Source: Lama guanicoe (Eukaryota). From it: 64,000 bases of DNA. The notes beneath the pieces are model-generated. The model did not search any database. It worked only from the letters and a program-made list of their open reading frames with translations, and had not been told where the DNA came from. The DNA is taken from NCBI GenBank assembly GCA_013239625.1, contig MU053588.1, positions 1,870,508 to 1,934,507 on the forward strand, written 5' to 3'. Of the stretch, positions 37,831 through 51,496 are shown piece by piece. A program made the translations under genes and the position numbers. Every line of letters starts with the position of its first letter. Position 1 is the first letter of the stretch.

Positions 37831-40800
37831 CCCCTAAAATGTTAGCGCTAACTCACCGTGCGGGTCACTAGTGAAGATGTGTTTGGCTGCAGGTAAGAGG
37901 AGCCAGGTCCAAAGAGGAGCCAGGTCCAAAGGGCTTGATCAGAAGGAAATTATTTTATTATTTCAAATTGTTTTCATTATTTCACATAGCAGGAAATCCA
38001 GAGGTAGGGTGTTTCAGGGTTGTGACATTCAAACATCTAAGAAAATCTAATTATATTTTACTTCAATAAGAAGTTTAGTTTAAAAAATACGTATATTTAC
38101 TGAGTGCTAACTAATCACCAGGCACAGTTCTAGGAACTGGAGATACAGCAAAGAAAGTGAAGTCCCTTAAATGTTGACAAGGCGCTCAGGTCCTTTTTTC
38201 TGCCCTGACGTCCTCAGCATCAGGTGAGTCACCAGGTGGTGGCATCTGCCCCCAGCACCACCTCCTTACACAGCATGTCCAGAGGCAGAACAAGGAGTTT
38301 GTCCTTCCTGCTCCCCTGCTGTTGTTAGCTTTACTGAGGTATAACTTACATGCAATAAGATACACGTTGAAGGTGAACAATGCAACGAATCCCAGAAAGT
38401 TCCCTCTCCCCTTGCTAATTTTGAGATAGTTTTATCACACATTTTCGAATGCTTTAACGTTTCTATGTGCTTGGTTTTGAGCTTTATAAAAACAGCATTA
38501 TCCTCTATGTGATGTTGTGAATTTTGCTCTATTCACATTATTTTTCTCGTGCATCCGTAGTTCCTTTCCTTTCACTGCTGCATAATATTCCATCATGTGG
38601 ATTATAGTTTATCCATTTGCCTTTCAACGGCCGTCAGGTCTGTTTCCAATTTTGTGCCGTCAGTGCTATCACAAACCTTGGTAGCCTCACCTGGTGCATG
38701 TGCCTAAGTCTCTTCTCCAGTATGTGAGAATGGAGATGCTGAGGAGTGAGGGACTCAAATCTTCAACTTGGTTGAATTTTTCCAGATAATATGCAGCTAT
38801 TTTCCAGAGGGTTGTACTAGTTCGCACTCCCACCAGCTGTGTATGAGACGTCCTGCCAATTCCCATCTTCACCTCGGGTTATCTGTCAATTTGAGGTGTA
38901 AAACAGAATCTCAGTGTGGCTTTTTTTTTTTTTTTAACTTTAGATGTTTAAGGGCTGGCTTTTAGTGAGATGGATGGGACCAAAAGAGGAGAAAGGGAAT
39001 TCAGGGCTTGCTGGTAGTGATGAATCTTTATGATGGGTGGGACAGTGGGAAGGATGGGGATGAAAAAGGAGGGACATGGTATCAGGGTACGGAGAGAGTG
39101 TGGGAACCAAGGTGACGATCTTGCCAAAATCAGAGATACGGCAGTGGGGCATCTGGGCAAGCAGACTGGCATGAGAGGAAGGCGGTCTCAGTGGGGTCCT
39201 CATTTGTCCTTCCCTGATAATTGATGAGGTTGAGCATCTTTTCATATCAAGTGAATTACAAAACTATTGGAGCAACAGAATAATCTCAAAGGAAAAGGCC
39301 ATTAGGCTATTAATTACTTTATCTTAAGAGCAATGTTTCTAATGAACTTAAAAAAATTAGGGAAATCTCAGACTGGTAAAAGTCTTTATCAAAATCTGTG
39401 TTGTACAAAAAAGAGCTGAAAGAAATTATAAAACAAAAAAATAAGTCCTCATTCAGAAATGGGACACCAGCAGAGGATAAATCCCAGGAGCTCCAGGGTC
39501 ACTCAGGGACAGCTGCAGGACAGTCCTACAGAGGCTGATGAACCCACAACATATCTACTACACCCAGTAAGGTGAAGGCAGTTCAGGATACTGTGCTGGT
39601 GTCAGGGCCCATCAAAAACAAGACCTCCAGAGCTGGCTTCATGGTCCGGTTCAAGAGTCGAAAATGTGCATGGACCCACATCTCACTTGTCTTAATTCGG
39701 TTAACAGATATTTACTGACCCTGTGTCAGGTTCTGCAGATACATAGTGGTGACCAGAACAGACTTTGTCCCCATCCTCATGGATTTATCTGTCTAAAGAG
39801 GGAGACAGACATTTAGATGCTGTCATCACAGATGGTCGGGGTTGGGGTTGGGGTTGGGGAAACCCAAAGAGCTGCAGAAGCCTGGAAGAGACACCCGAAC
39901 CATCCTGGGGGATCAAGGAGAGCTTCCCAGAGGAGGAGGCATCTTAACTGAGACCTGAAAGATGTATGAAATTAGTTGTGAGGAGGGTGTAGGGGAGAGG
40001 TGCTTCAAAAAGGAAGAGGATGTACAAATGCTTAGAGGTGACAGGGGGTCTGGAGTGTTCTAGACCAGCACAATCCAACAGAACAGGAGAACCACAATGT
40101 AATTTAAAAATTTCTAGTAAGTGTATAGCTAGTAGCCATTCAAAACAAACAAACAAAAACAGGTAAAATTTAATTTTAATATATTTTATTTAACCCAATA
40201 TATCCAAAATATTACCATATTAACATATGATCAATATAAAAACTATTAATGAGATACTTTACATTCTCTTTTTTTGTACTAAGTCTTTGAAATCTGGTGG
40301 GTATTTCACACTTCAGGTACAGCTCAGGTCACACCAGCCACATTTCAAATCCTCAACAGCCACATATGGCCGGTGGCTGCTGCACTGAACAGCACAGCAA
40401 GACCCTGGTCACTCAAAGCATCGGCATCACTTGGGAGCTTATTAGAAATACGGAATCTCAGGCCCCTCCCCAGACCCACTGACTCAGAATCTGCATTTTT
40501 AACAAGCTCCCAAGGGATTTATATACACATCAGTTTGAGAAAGCGGGCCCAGTTCTGCCTAAAACACTTCTGTGGCTTTGTACTGCCCTCAGGATAAAAG
40601 CCCAGATACTGACCTTGGCAATCATTCATTCATTAGTTACTGAGCGCCTACTGTGTGCCAGGCTCTGTGCTGGATGATGCTGGGGACACTGCAGGGACAA
40701 AGACAGACCTGACTCCTGCCCTCATGGTGCTCCTAGGCAATTAACAGGTAAGTACCCAAATCCCTGTTTCATCTCGACTATGGTCAACGCGATGTGCTTG

Positions 40801-43709
40801 ATGTGCAGTTACAGTGTGCGAGGAGCGTTACGGAGGCCTGACCTGGAGGGAGTGGAGGGGGCATCCAGAAAATAACCCAAATAAGGAAGCGGCCACTATT
40901 ATGGCAAAAAGCCACACGCAGATTAAATGTCCCATTGCAGGGGACAGGCCTGCCAAGCAACACCAGCCTGTCCGCGGCCACCAAAAGGGATCACTTTCAG
41001 GCTTCAGAGCAACGTGGAGAAGTGCCTGGGGAAGGGGGCAGGGTTACAGGAAGTGGGCCAGGGACAGAGCCAGTGAGAGCATTGCCCCTGCCCAGATCTG
41101 TGGCGTTTGGAAAATGAGGAGGAGCGGGAACAGAGCATCAGGGAGGTGGGCAGTTGACCAGCAGAGGGAGGACATGGGGCCGGGAACTGAAGGTTACCTC
41201 TTCTCTGAAGACGAGGTCTTTCAATAAGAGACACCTAGACTTGCTTTACAATAATTGAGTGGGGTCGGGGGGACAGGGCGTGCAGGACACAGAGGGGACA
41301 AGAATGGCCACATGCTGGGAGCTGCTGAAGCTGGGTGAGGGGGACATGGGTGTTCATGAGACTTTTCTCTCCACTGTTGTATGTTTTGGAATTTCCCCTA
41401 AAAAAAAGTGTTTTCCTTCAAATTCAAATAACTAGGGATGTTGGAAAAAGATTTTTGGCAGCTGGAGAAGAAAGTAATTTAAGCCCTTCTTCTGAAAGGA
41501 ACCTGCACTATCGGGAACGGGAGCATCTCCTTTAAGAATGGTGTCCAGTAGGAAGGGTGCTGAGGCACAGACCATGGACCCAGCCCTATTCCTGGGCTCC
41601 AGTCCCAGGGCTGCCACTTACTAGCTATGGAACTTGAAGCAACTGATTTCAACTCTAAACGCCTCCCTGAAAAGCTGGGATCCTGACAGTGGCTGCCTCC
41701 TGAGGGCTGTGTGAGGTGATCGCTGAATTAACGCAGGCGAAGGGCTTGGACTGGTGCCTGGGATGAAGATGTGCCACGTAAACGCTGGCAGAGATGATTG
41801 AAGCACGTGCCAGCCAGATTTAACACCGCACAGGGGCTCACAGTGAATGCATCGACGGTTCCCGTACACAGAATTCACTGTTCCAACAGTCGCCAATAAG
41901 AGAGTAGATGACAAGAATTCTCCCAACACCAATGCCCTTCAGGATCCTTCCTTTGCCCTTACAGAACCCCTTTTATGTAAGTCAGCTGCGCCAATGCTTG
42001 GGAGACACCGTCTAAATTACGTAAGTGGTGTTTTTAATGGTAGCTGTGAAAATTAATGGTAGAAAATTCCCTAAGTGGATATGATTTCAGAAGGAAGCTT
42101 AGAAGCTTGAAAGTCCCTTCTAGGGTGACCGTCCCAGTGCACAGAGAAATAGACCTCTGTCCTCTTCCTGCTGCTGTAGAATTTTTTAAGGTAATACAAA
42201 TAATTCCTGAAAGGTTTCTTCCTCTTAAACACAATGTGATTTTTTTTCTTAACATTTTCTCCCCCGGCAGCTGCTGGTGTTATGTTAGTATTCAATGCCA
42301 ACATGCCCGCTGCAAAAAATTGTAAGTAAATCTCCCCTCCCCTACATCCAGCACTCATGACCACTGGTTATGTTTTATTCATCATCCTTACAGATGATGA
42401 TCTGGGAGTGTCTTAAAATTATATGAGTGGGAAGAAAGTGGGGCAGGACGGGCTGGGCGAGGGTCCACACAGAGGCCCAGGTGAGCGCTGGCCACATTCA
42501 AAGAAACAGTTCAGTGGGTCTGGAGCTCAGGGAGACCGGCTAGGTAGTGGTCAGGAACTAGATCACACCAAGCCTCCAGCATCAGTCCAGGAGTTAGGAC
42601 TTCGCCCTGCAGACACTGGAGAAACACGGAAAGGCTGACATGATCAGATTTGTGCTTCATGAAACCCCTCCACTGTCAGGTGGAGGTGGGTTAAAGGGTG
42701 AGATGGGAGGCCAGGCAGAGAGAAGGCAGGAGAGGACAGGGTTGGACCAAGGCAGGGCAATGAAAGGTGAGCAGGGGGCAGATGGGAGAGATGACCAGGA
42801 GTCATGGTGGTCTGGCTGTGGAAGATGATGGGTGGGGATGGGGAGGGAGGCAGCAGAGGCGAAGCCCAGGATTCTCTCTGGGAGCCTGGGGTGTGGGGGG
42901 GTCCCCTCTGAGACAGGGACCAAGAGGAGGAACAGGTTTGTAGTCTGGGGCACGGGTACATCCCACCACGCCAGGCTGCCCAAGAGGTCAAATCTCCAAG
43001 CCAGATTGCTGGATTGAGAAAAGCAAACAGAGGTAATCCAGCGTGTCATAAAGTACTAGTCAAGAGGGTGGATGCATCATAAGATGCATGGAACATTCCA
43101 GAAAATCAGATTTAGGTCCAGCTGCATAGCACAAAGGATCCCACACATGAAAGCTTGCTTTAAGATCCTGATCAAAGTCTCCCTGTAAAAACTTATCCAT
43201 TTAGGGGTTTGATGAGATGGTTGTTGAATGTGGGGCAACGGCCAGTCCTGGCTACTCCCCCAGCACATGTGTCTTACTGGTCGGACTGGCTGATACGTAC
43301 TGTCCTTTGCCAATAGGTAGGATGGGGAGGGGCTTCTTAAGGCCTCAAGACTCTCAGATCTGGGGCCCAGGGAGGAGTCTGAGCTAATGGCAGGGTGGGC
43401 ACCATTAGTACAGAGACAGGAAGCAGACCACAAAAGAAGAGTAAAATGGCCCAAGGGGTGGAGCAGAGAAGAGCCATCCACATTTAAGGGATCAGTGAAA
43501 TCAGGACCTTCTTGCAAAGCAGCAAGACACAGGAGGAAAATTACGGGACAGTGTTGTCACAGAAACCAAGGGAAGCGTGTCTTTACAGAAGGTGGGAATG
43601 GCCAACACTGTCAATTTTTGCCAAGATGGCCTGTAAGATGCACACCAAAAACTGCCCACTCGGCCAGAGAAGGAAGTTACAAAGAACACACGGGGGTGTG
43701 GGGAGGCAA

Positions 43710-45040
43710 GAAGCACCCTCTAGAGATAGATTAGAGTCAGATACCAGTATGGACTCCAGTTTATTTTTATACACAGATATTTGTGTCTGTACGCAGACGT
43801 ACAAATACAGGTATGTGTGTATACGTGGGTTGTACGCGTACACATCTTTCCCAGCTCTGTCAGCTGAGAGGGACTAGAAAGTGTCCCTCAGCAGCAGTGA
43901 CCACACCCAGTGCCCAGACCTTGGTATCTAATACCTTCTTCCATCAAAGGAGAAGCGGCTGGTTCTAGGGCTGGGGCAGGGAAAACCCAACATGAGCCTG
44001 GAGCATCTTACAGCAGAAAGTCAGGAAGTGCCTGAGAAGAAGAAAAGAGTAAGGATCACAGAGCTAACCTGAAAGAGCCCCTTTGGCCAAAATGGGAAAA
44101 ATATGAGTGAAAAAGTTAATTATGGTAGTATTGGGTTATGGCCAAAGGAAAAAATAAATTTCCGTGAGTCCGTACTGGTATAAATTATTGACTGTACAAA
44201 TAAGACAAATGGGGTAGAAGGGATCAATCTTCCTACAGAAGAATTCCCAGTGAGAAACGCAGGGGAAATGAGGAAAGCAGAAAAGCATCATTAGAACACT
44301 GCCGTGATGATTTGTGCAGGTCCAGCGACCAGCGCCAAGAGTCCGTGGGGAGAACTCTGAGGAGAAACAGGACATTTGCACAGCCTCAAAACATCTTCCC
44401 ACGTTTATTAATAACTGTGGTGGTTCTGATATATGAAGAAGACAAATTCTTTGATGTTTTTTCCTCCAGGAAGAGGAGCTTAAGTCTCCCCTTGAGTACG
44501 GGCTGGACTGTGTGACTTGCTTCTAACAAGCAGAGTGAGGGAAGGGAAAAACTGTGATGTTACAGTTGGGAAACCTGGTGGGCGGCCCGTGGCACAGGGC
44601 GGCAGGTCACCATCACCTGAGCGTGCTCCTCCCCGCACCTGCCAGCCCGGTCTAACCATGAGGAAAGTTAGTCCCAGACAGAGGGGCATTCTACGCAATA
44701 CCTGACCAGTGCTCCTCAAGACTGTCAAGGTCATGAAAAACAAAAGACTGAGAAACTGTCATAGAGTGGAGGAGACCAAGGAGACATGATGAACGGACGC
44801 GACACGGTATCCTGGACTGGATCCTGGAACAGAAGAAGAACATCAGTGGAGAAACGGGCGGATGTAAGAAAGCTGGGAGTTCCCTCAGTAGGATACGCAT
44901 CAGTGTTAATTTCTCAGTTTTGACAAATGTTACTTTAAGACACGAACATGAGAAGAGGCTGAATATAAAGCATATGGGAAGTCTCTACTATCTGTGTGCC
45001 TTTTCTGTAAATCTAAAGTTATTAAATAAAAGTTTTTGTG
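43710..45040 (+). mobile_element. Old L1 3' end (L1MD/MC-like)
   Basis: cacacccagtgcccagaccttggt.tctaatacc, cctgaccagt.ctcctcaa.actgtcaaggtcat motifs. Confidence 0.75.
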
Positions 45041-45099
45041 AAGTACCTCCTGACTTGGCTACAAGTAGTCACCATCAGAGTCCCTAAGTCCCTACATCC

Positions 45100-46920
45100 G
45101 CCTCTTTAGCTCTCACCCCATGTGGCCTCTACTCCAGGAAGTCCTCCCTGATACCTCAAACTAGATCAGGAGGCCCCCGTGCCTCCCACTTCCTGCCCTG
45201 ACCACTCACTCCCCCAACCGCACTGGACACGTGCTCGGTGAGGGTGGCCCTCAGGGTCATTAACCGTGTCAGATCCCCAGCCCTAAACCTTCTGAGCTCA
45301 GAGCCTACCGGATCCCAACTTCCTGGTCTCTCCCACTCCATCACCCAATCCACAACAAACCTGCAGCTACAAAACCATCTGTCCCACCCACCTAGCAAAA
45401 TAGGGTCAAATCTCACTCCCCAGGCCTGTCCCCAATATACCGTCGGGAATACTGTGTAACTGAATGTTGGAGGTGACTGCCCAGTCCCCAGCCCTTCCCA
45501 GCAGACAGACATCAACACTGCAGGAATCCTTCAGCGACACCCGGTAGAACAAGGTTGGACACTGGACCCCAGCAGCCCGATTTGTCTGGGGAATCTGAAA
45601 TGGGGCCAGAAGGGTTGTAGGGCACTGCACTGGAAGGGTGCAGAGTCAGGGCAAGAGTGCACCCAGGCCCAGCCCAGCTGCCTGCAAACAGAGGAAGCAG
45701 CAGATGCAAAGAGCAGCAGAGACCGCAGGGCCCGGAGGAGGAGGAGGAAAACGGTCGCTGCCCCACGTTCGACTCTGTTCTCAGGAAGCCCTCGTCCATT
45801 TCCTCCAGGCATCACCTGCGACACCTGCACTGTGGCTTCTGCCTTCAGAGTGCATCCAGACGACTGCTCTTGCCCACCTGTGCCCCTCTCTCCCCGAGAC
45901 AATCACAGCAACCTCCTCCCGGGCCTCTCTGCTCTCACTCCCAGACCTCGATCCAGCCACACTCCTTTCCTTGGTGATCTCATCCTGGGCCTCAGTACCA
46001 TGCAAGTGCTAGTGACTCCCATGTTTCCATCTCCAGCCCAGACCTCGCCCCTGAAGGCCAGACTCCTGTATCCCAGACTCCTGTATCCTGCTGCTTGCTC
46101 ACAAGTCCACTGCAATGCTACCGTGTCTACAGCTCCCTGAGTCTCCCCCAGACAGTCACTAACAGGCACTCTCCTCAGGCTAAAACCTTACGGTCATCGA
46201 TGCCCCTTTCTCACCCCACACCCGAGTCCTGGCCACTCCTTCCTTCAGATTGTACCCAAAGTCCAACTGCATCTCCCCACTTCCAAAGCTACCGCCCCAG
46301 CCAGGCCACACATCTCTCAGCTGGACCAGCGCAGCAGAACCAGGCCCCCGTCCTCGGAGCAGCCGGAGGAACCCCATCAGGATGCTCAGGCACGTCACCC
46401 TCAGCTCCTACTGCTCCCATCTCACTAAGAAGCAAATTCAAGTCCTTCCCAGGGCCCATTTGGCCCCGCATGCACTTCACCTCTTCCTCCCACTCGAATG
46501 GTTCAGTCTGGTCCAGTTCACTCCTTTCTGCTCCTCCAACACGCCAATCACACCTCAGGGCCCTTGAACTTGCTGTTTTTCCCATCTGGAAAAACATCCT
46601 TCCCAAACTACGCGCGGCTGGCTTCCTCCCTTTCTGTCAGGTCCTGCCTCTGTGACCATTTCCTCCAAGATAACTTATTTAATCCCTCCACCTGAAACAG
46701 CAGCCCCTGTCACTACCTGGAACAGAAGAAGAGCTCTTATCACCTATGTATACACAGGTGATATAAATATATATATATTTAATCATCTCCTTTCCCCATT
46801 AGAATGTAAGCTCCACAAGGACAGGGCTATTGAGGGTCTTGTTTACTATTAAAACACCAGCACCTAAAACAGGGCTTGAAACAGTGCTCAATCTCTGATG
46901 AGTCAAGAAATAAGTGAATA
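45100..46920 (+). mobile_element. L2 LINE remnants (other L2/MIR pieces ~42400-43700, 48650-50300)
   Basis: C/T-rich L2 motifs (atctccagcccagacctc, aatgtaagctccacaaggacagg 3' end). Confidence 0.7.
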
Positions 46921-49900
46921 AACCCCAGAAATCAGTTAGGATATTGGTTCCAAGTAGTAAGCAGCCTAATTCAACCTGGCTTAAATGATTAAAAAAAAAA
47001 AAAAGATTTACTGGATTCCCTAGTAAGTCCTTCAGGTGAGGCATGATCCAGCACTTCCAACAGTATCACCAAAGGCCTGGTGCTTTTCTGTCTCCACTAG
47101 GCCTTCCAATAAAATGGCTTCATTCTTGTGGCCACAACACACTTGGGCACATGCTTCATAGTAATTATCATCCCTGCCGTACATTAGGCATTTGCTGTCT
47201 GTCAGACCCTGCATGCCGCACAATTCCCCTCTGAGATGAATAGTATTACAATCTCCATTTTCATAATCTCAGAAAGGTGAAGTCACTTATCTAAAATCAT
47301 ACTGCTCAAGTGGGTTAGTAACGCTTTCATTCATCTTACCTCCACTTCTTTAACAATCATGAAAATTTTGATGCTGATGAACATGATCCTGACAACTCCT
47401 AATGCACGCTCAGCCCTTACTATGCGTCACGTATCTTGCTAGTTTCATTAACTTTTCTGTGCCCTCGTTTCCTCATACAATGGCAATAATAATATTACAT
47501 AGGCTGATTGTAAGGACTAAATGAGCTAGTATGTAAAAATGGTTAAGATCTCAAAAAAATATTTGTTCGTTTCAGTCAGCTACTACTGGGTAACAAGTCG
47601 TCCCCAAAACACAGTGGCTTAAAATCACAACCACTTCATCTGCTTCGATTCTGTAACGGACCAGCCTCTGTGGAGGAGCTGACTTGGGATGGGTGGTCTG
47701 TATGCCATATGGTGTCAGCGGGCAGCTGGGCTGGACTATCCAAGATGGCATCACTCAGGTCTGATTTAGCTAAAATAGTGGAACAGCAAAAATAGTGGAA
47801 CAGCTGGGGGCTAACTGGACCTCTCTCTTTCCACATCCCTCCACAGTGGGGTGGCTGGACTTCTTTACACAGCAGCCCAGGGCTCCAAGAGAGTAAAAGT
47901 ACAAGCCGCCAGGCCTTTATGGCCCAGGCCCCCCAATCAGCACAGTGTCACTTCCATGCAGCCTGTCGGTCAAAACAAGTCACAGGCCAGCCCAGACTAA
48001 AGAAGAGGAGACTCCACCTCCACAGGAGGAAATGGAAAAGAGTGTGCGGCCTTCTTTGGCAGCAGCTACTTTACTTTCCTGCTAACAGCCTACCTGCTCG
48101 TCTCTCTACTCCAGCCCTAAATCCCCCCAGTCAGTTCCCCACACAACAGCCTGAGGAATCACACATGACCGACCATGCCTCCTTCCACTGCTTAAAATTC
48201 TACAACTTCCCACTGCACGTGGGGAAGGACACACAACCCTAACAGGACTTCGTGGTCGGGCCTCTTGCTCACTCTCAGCCTCTGGGTTCCAACTACCACA
48301 CACACACTTACCTCTTAATTGGGTTAGTGCCGCCTCCTTCACCACTGCAAATCTCACCTCCTAGGGTCCAGATTAGGTTTCTTCAAGCACCCTTATGACA
48401 CTCTACCTTTCTCTGTACTTTTATATTTGTGTGATAAGCTGACAATCCGAACCTCCACCCCCAAGACTGTGAGCCCTTTGGGGATTGGGAAACAATTTTG
48501 TTACCTGCTGTGCTCTCAACTCTGAGTGCAAAGTGGAGGCAAGGTGAAATGCCTACTGAATGTCTGAGAAAACTTGAAGGCAGCCCCTAAAATTCCATGC
48601 ATGGGGGACGGACAAAGTCCTGAGGATGCTGGGATCAGGATCTGCACTATAAGATCATCCATGTGCTCATTCAACAGCTACTGAGTCTGTACGACACATC
48701 AAGAGCTCTCCTAGGTGTTAGACATAAAGCACAGAGTAGACCAAAGCCTCTTCCCTCATGAAGCTTATGGCTGCTACGGCAGGAGACAGACAATAAACAA
48801 GAAAAATAAGTTATATGGCGTGTTAAGTAGTGATATGATTAATGCTAAGGAAAAAGTTAAAGGGAAGACAGATATGAATGTTAGTGGTATAGTTCTATGA
48901 GGTGATCCAGGAAGATCTCAAGCAGAAGGTAACAGCTGAGATTTGCCACCTTGACTATCTGGGAGAAGACTGTTCCAGGTAAAGAGAACAGCAAGTGCAG
49001 AGGCCCCCGAGGCCAGTGTGCCTGGAGCTGAGTGAACAGGAGGGGGAGTAGATGATGTCAAGTAACAGGGAAAGACTGTGCAGGGGCCACGGAGAGGAAT
49101 GTGGCATATACTTCCTGTGAGATGGAATCACAGGATACTAAGCAGGGGAGGGATATGACCAGATGCAGGGGTTCAGTGTCCCTTTGGCTGCATGTGAGGG
49201 GCAGACAGTGGGGAGCAAGGAGACCACTGATGGTCTAGGCAGGAGATGAAGGCGGACAGTACCAGGGTGGCAGGAGTGGAGGGGGGAAGAAATGGTCAGG
49301 TTCTGAAAATACCTTTGAAGGTGTTTGCTGATGAACCAGATGTGGGTTTAAGACAAAAGAGAGAGGTTAAGGACAACTCCAAAGCTTTTGGTCTGAACAA
49401 CTACAAGGATGGAGGTGGCATTTACTGAGAAGAATGTGGGAGGAACACGTTTTGAGGAAATGACCAGGAGTTCAATTTGGCCACAGTTACTCTCAAGATG
49501 TCTCTGGATACCCAAGAGGAGATATCATGTAGGCAATCAGTCAACAGAGGACACGTTCTGGGCTAGAAATGAAAATTGGGGAAATATATTTCTATGCTTA
49601 TCACAAATTCCTTACAGGACCTACATGATCTGACTACTGACGTCTTGAGGCTCATCTTGCACTTTGCTAAATCAATGGTACACACACACCACAAATCCTG
49701 AGCCCTCCATTTCCTAGTCATGTAATCTTAGGCAAGTTAGTCAATTTTCTCTATCAGCACTAACATCATTTGCAAAATGTAGATCACACTGGTAGTAGCT
49801 TCCTAGGACTGTTCATTCAAAAAAAATTTTATTAAGCATTTTCGATATACCAGGCACTGTTCTACGTGGTGAGATCCCTTTCCCACCCCTCTTCACCTCC

Positions 49901-50379
49901 CTCTCCCACACAGCGTGTCACCCTGTCAGCTCAGCCTTCAGTAAGTCTTCCCCACCCACACCCATCCTCCCCTCCCATCCAAGATCCCTGCCCTGGTCCA
50001 TCCCCGACATCTCTTGCCTAGAATCATGCCACAGCTGCCATCCTGGGCTCCCAGACTCTAGTGTCTTTCCAGTCAACCTAGTCCCAGACGGCTAGGAGTA
50101 TGGCACACTGGGCCATACTCCTTCCGGAAAGCCTCTCGAGGCTCCTCATTGCCCTCGGGACAAAGTCCCAATTCCCTAAATGGCCAACAAAATCTCCCAT
50201 GATCTAATTCACAGAGCACTTTCAATAAGATTTCCACCAACACCAGATCACCTGCAGTTCATTAACACACAGGGCTGTTTCTCATTGCTGCCTTTGCGCA
50301 AGCCATCCCACCGCACCAGCGCCATCCCCAAACATCCCTCCATCTTCAGGTCTCAGCTCAAACAGCTCCCCGCCCCCGC

Positions 50380-50990
50380 CCCTCCACGAAGGTTTCTTTA
50401 CCGCCGGCAGACCTCCACGTTCCACGCTGCCTCCGTTAGCGAACACATGCAGGTCCGTAATGGGGCCTTTGCCCGTCTCTCCTACCGATTGGGGCCTCCT
50501 TCGAGCTGCACCGAACACAGCGGCTAGTAACGCCCCGGGTGGTGGGGTCTCTTCCGGCCTGCCTACGCGCTTAACTCCTGCTCGGTAACCACGAACGCCT
50601 AACCCGCAACCTCTCCCGACACAGCCCAGAAACTCACGTTTCGCGTGCCTTACAGAACTCAGCACTTGCGCAGTCTGGCCAAAGTCACCCAATTACCTCC
50701 TTCTCTTCCTCTACAGCCCGCCTTAGGCATCCGGGCCCAGGCTGCCTTTGACTGCCGATTGGCTGCTGGAGAACCCGCCCCTAAGCACGCGAGCGAAAAG
50801 AATTCTGGCCTTTGTAGTTCCCTAAGGAAAAATTGGAAAAAGAGACTGCCCCGTAGAACTCCATTTCCCAGGAAGCGCCGCGCCCCAGTGATAGGGGACG
50901 GTACCCTTTGAATTTGACGGTGCTTGACTGGTCGATTGGAATTACCATGGAAACAGGCCCACTTACCTGGAATCCTGGGAGTACCATTTT
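50380..50990. promoter_or_regulatory. Orphan CpG-rich promoter-like element (ZNF143 x2, CCAAT x3, GC box, RFX X-box)
   Basis: AACTCCATTTCCCAGGAAGC 50857-50876; inverted GAACTACAAAGGCCAGAA ~50800-50820; ATTGG at 50488, 50758 and 50935; ATTACCATGGAAAC 50941-50954; many CpGs. Confidence 0.65.
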
Positions 50991-51490
50991 GCCCAAGAAT
51001 CTCAAAACACTTTGTTCGCAATGGTTCTAAATGGTGAGACCAAAAGTGTCAGGGATAAATTCTGTACCCACTGCCTGCCTGCCATTCCCTGGATGGCACC
51101 AATAAGGCCTGCTGCAAGCACTTAGCACCTACTGGATGCCCGGCAAAAGGAGCCATGCCTGTGCAGACTCTGTGGAAGCCCTAGCTTATTAGGGCAGAAC
51201 CTGTTGTTTCCCAGAGACAGGCCAGAGCTGGGCCTCTACCCTTTCAAGGCCTCAGTTTACCCTAGAAAAGGCAAACTGGCCTAGGATTGTATCCAGGATC
51301 TCCCATCTACAGCCCAACCTCCTACAGCCCCACGTCTGCACCAACAGCCACAACTTCCCCGGGGCGCAGCCCACACGACAAAGCTATTCCAACACCCCTT
51401 CCACAAACACCATTCCCCACCATGCCTCTGAGGGTTGAGTGAGGGGAGCCAAGGCCCTGCAAACGCTCAGGCGGGCATGTGAGAAAGCTC

Positions 51491-51496
51491 TTTACT
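51491..51496 (-). terminator. DYRK1B polyadenylation signal (variant AGTAAA)
   Basis: TTTACT on the + strand ~350 nt past the stop codon; no canonical AATAAA nearby on the - strand. Confidence 0.55.

Noticed and set aside
43195..45800. Shared GRCPTF peptide at ~43230 (-) and ~45760 (+)
   Set aside because: Both lie in L2-derived DNA of opposite orientation; explained by repeat homology or chance.
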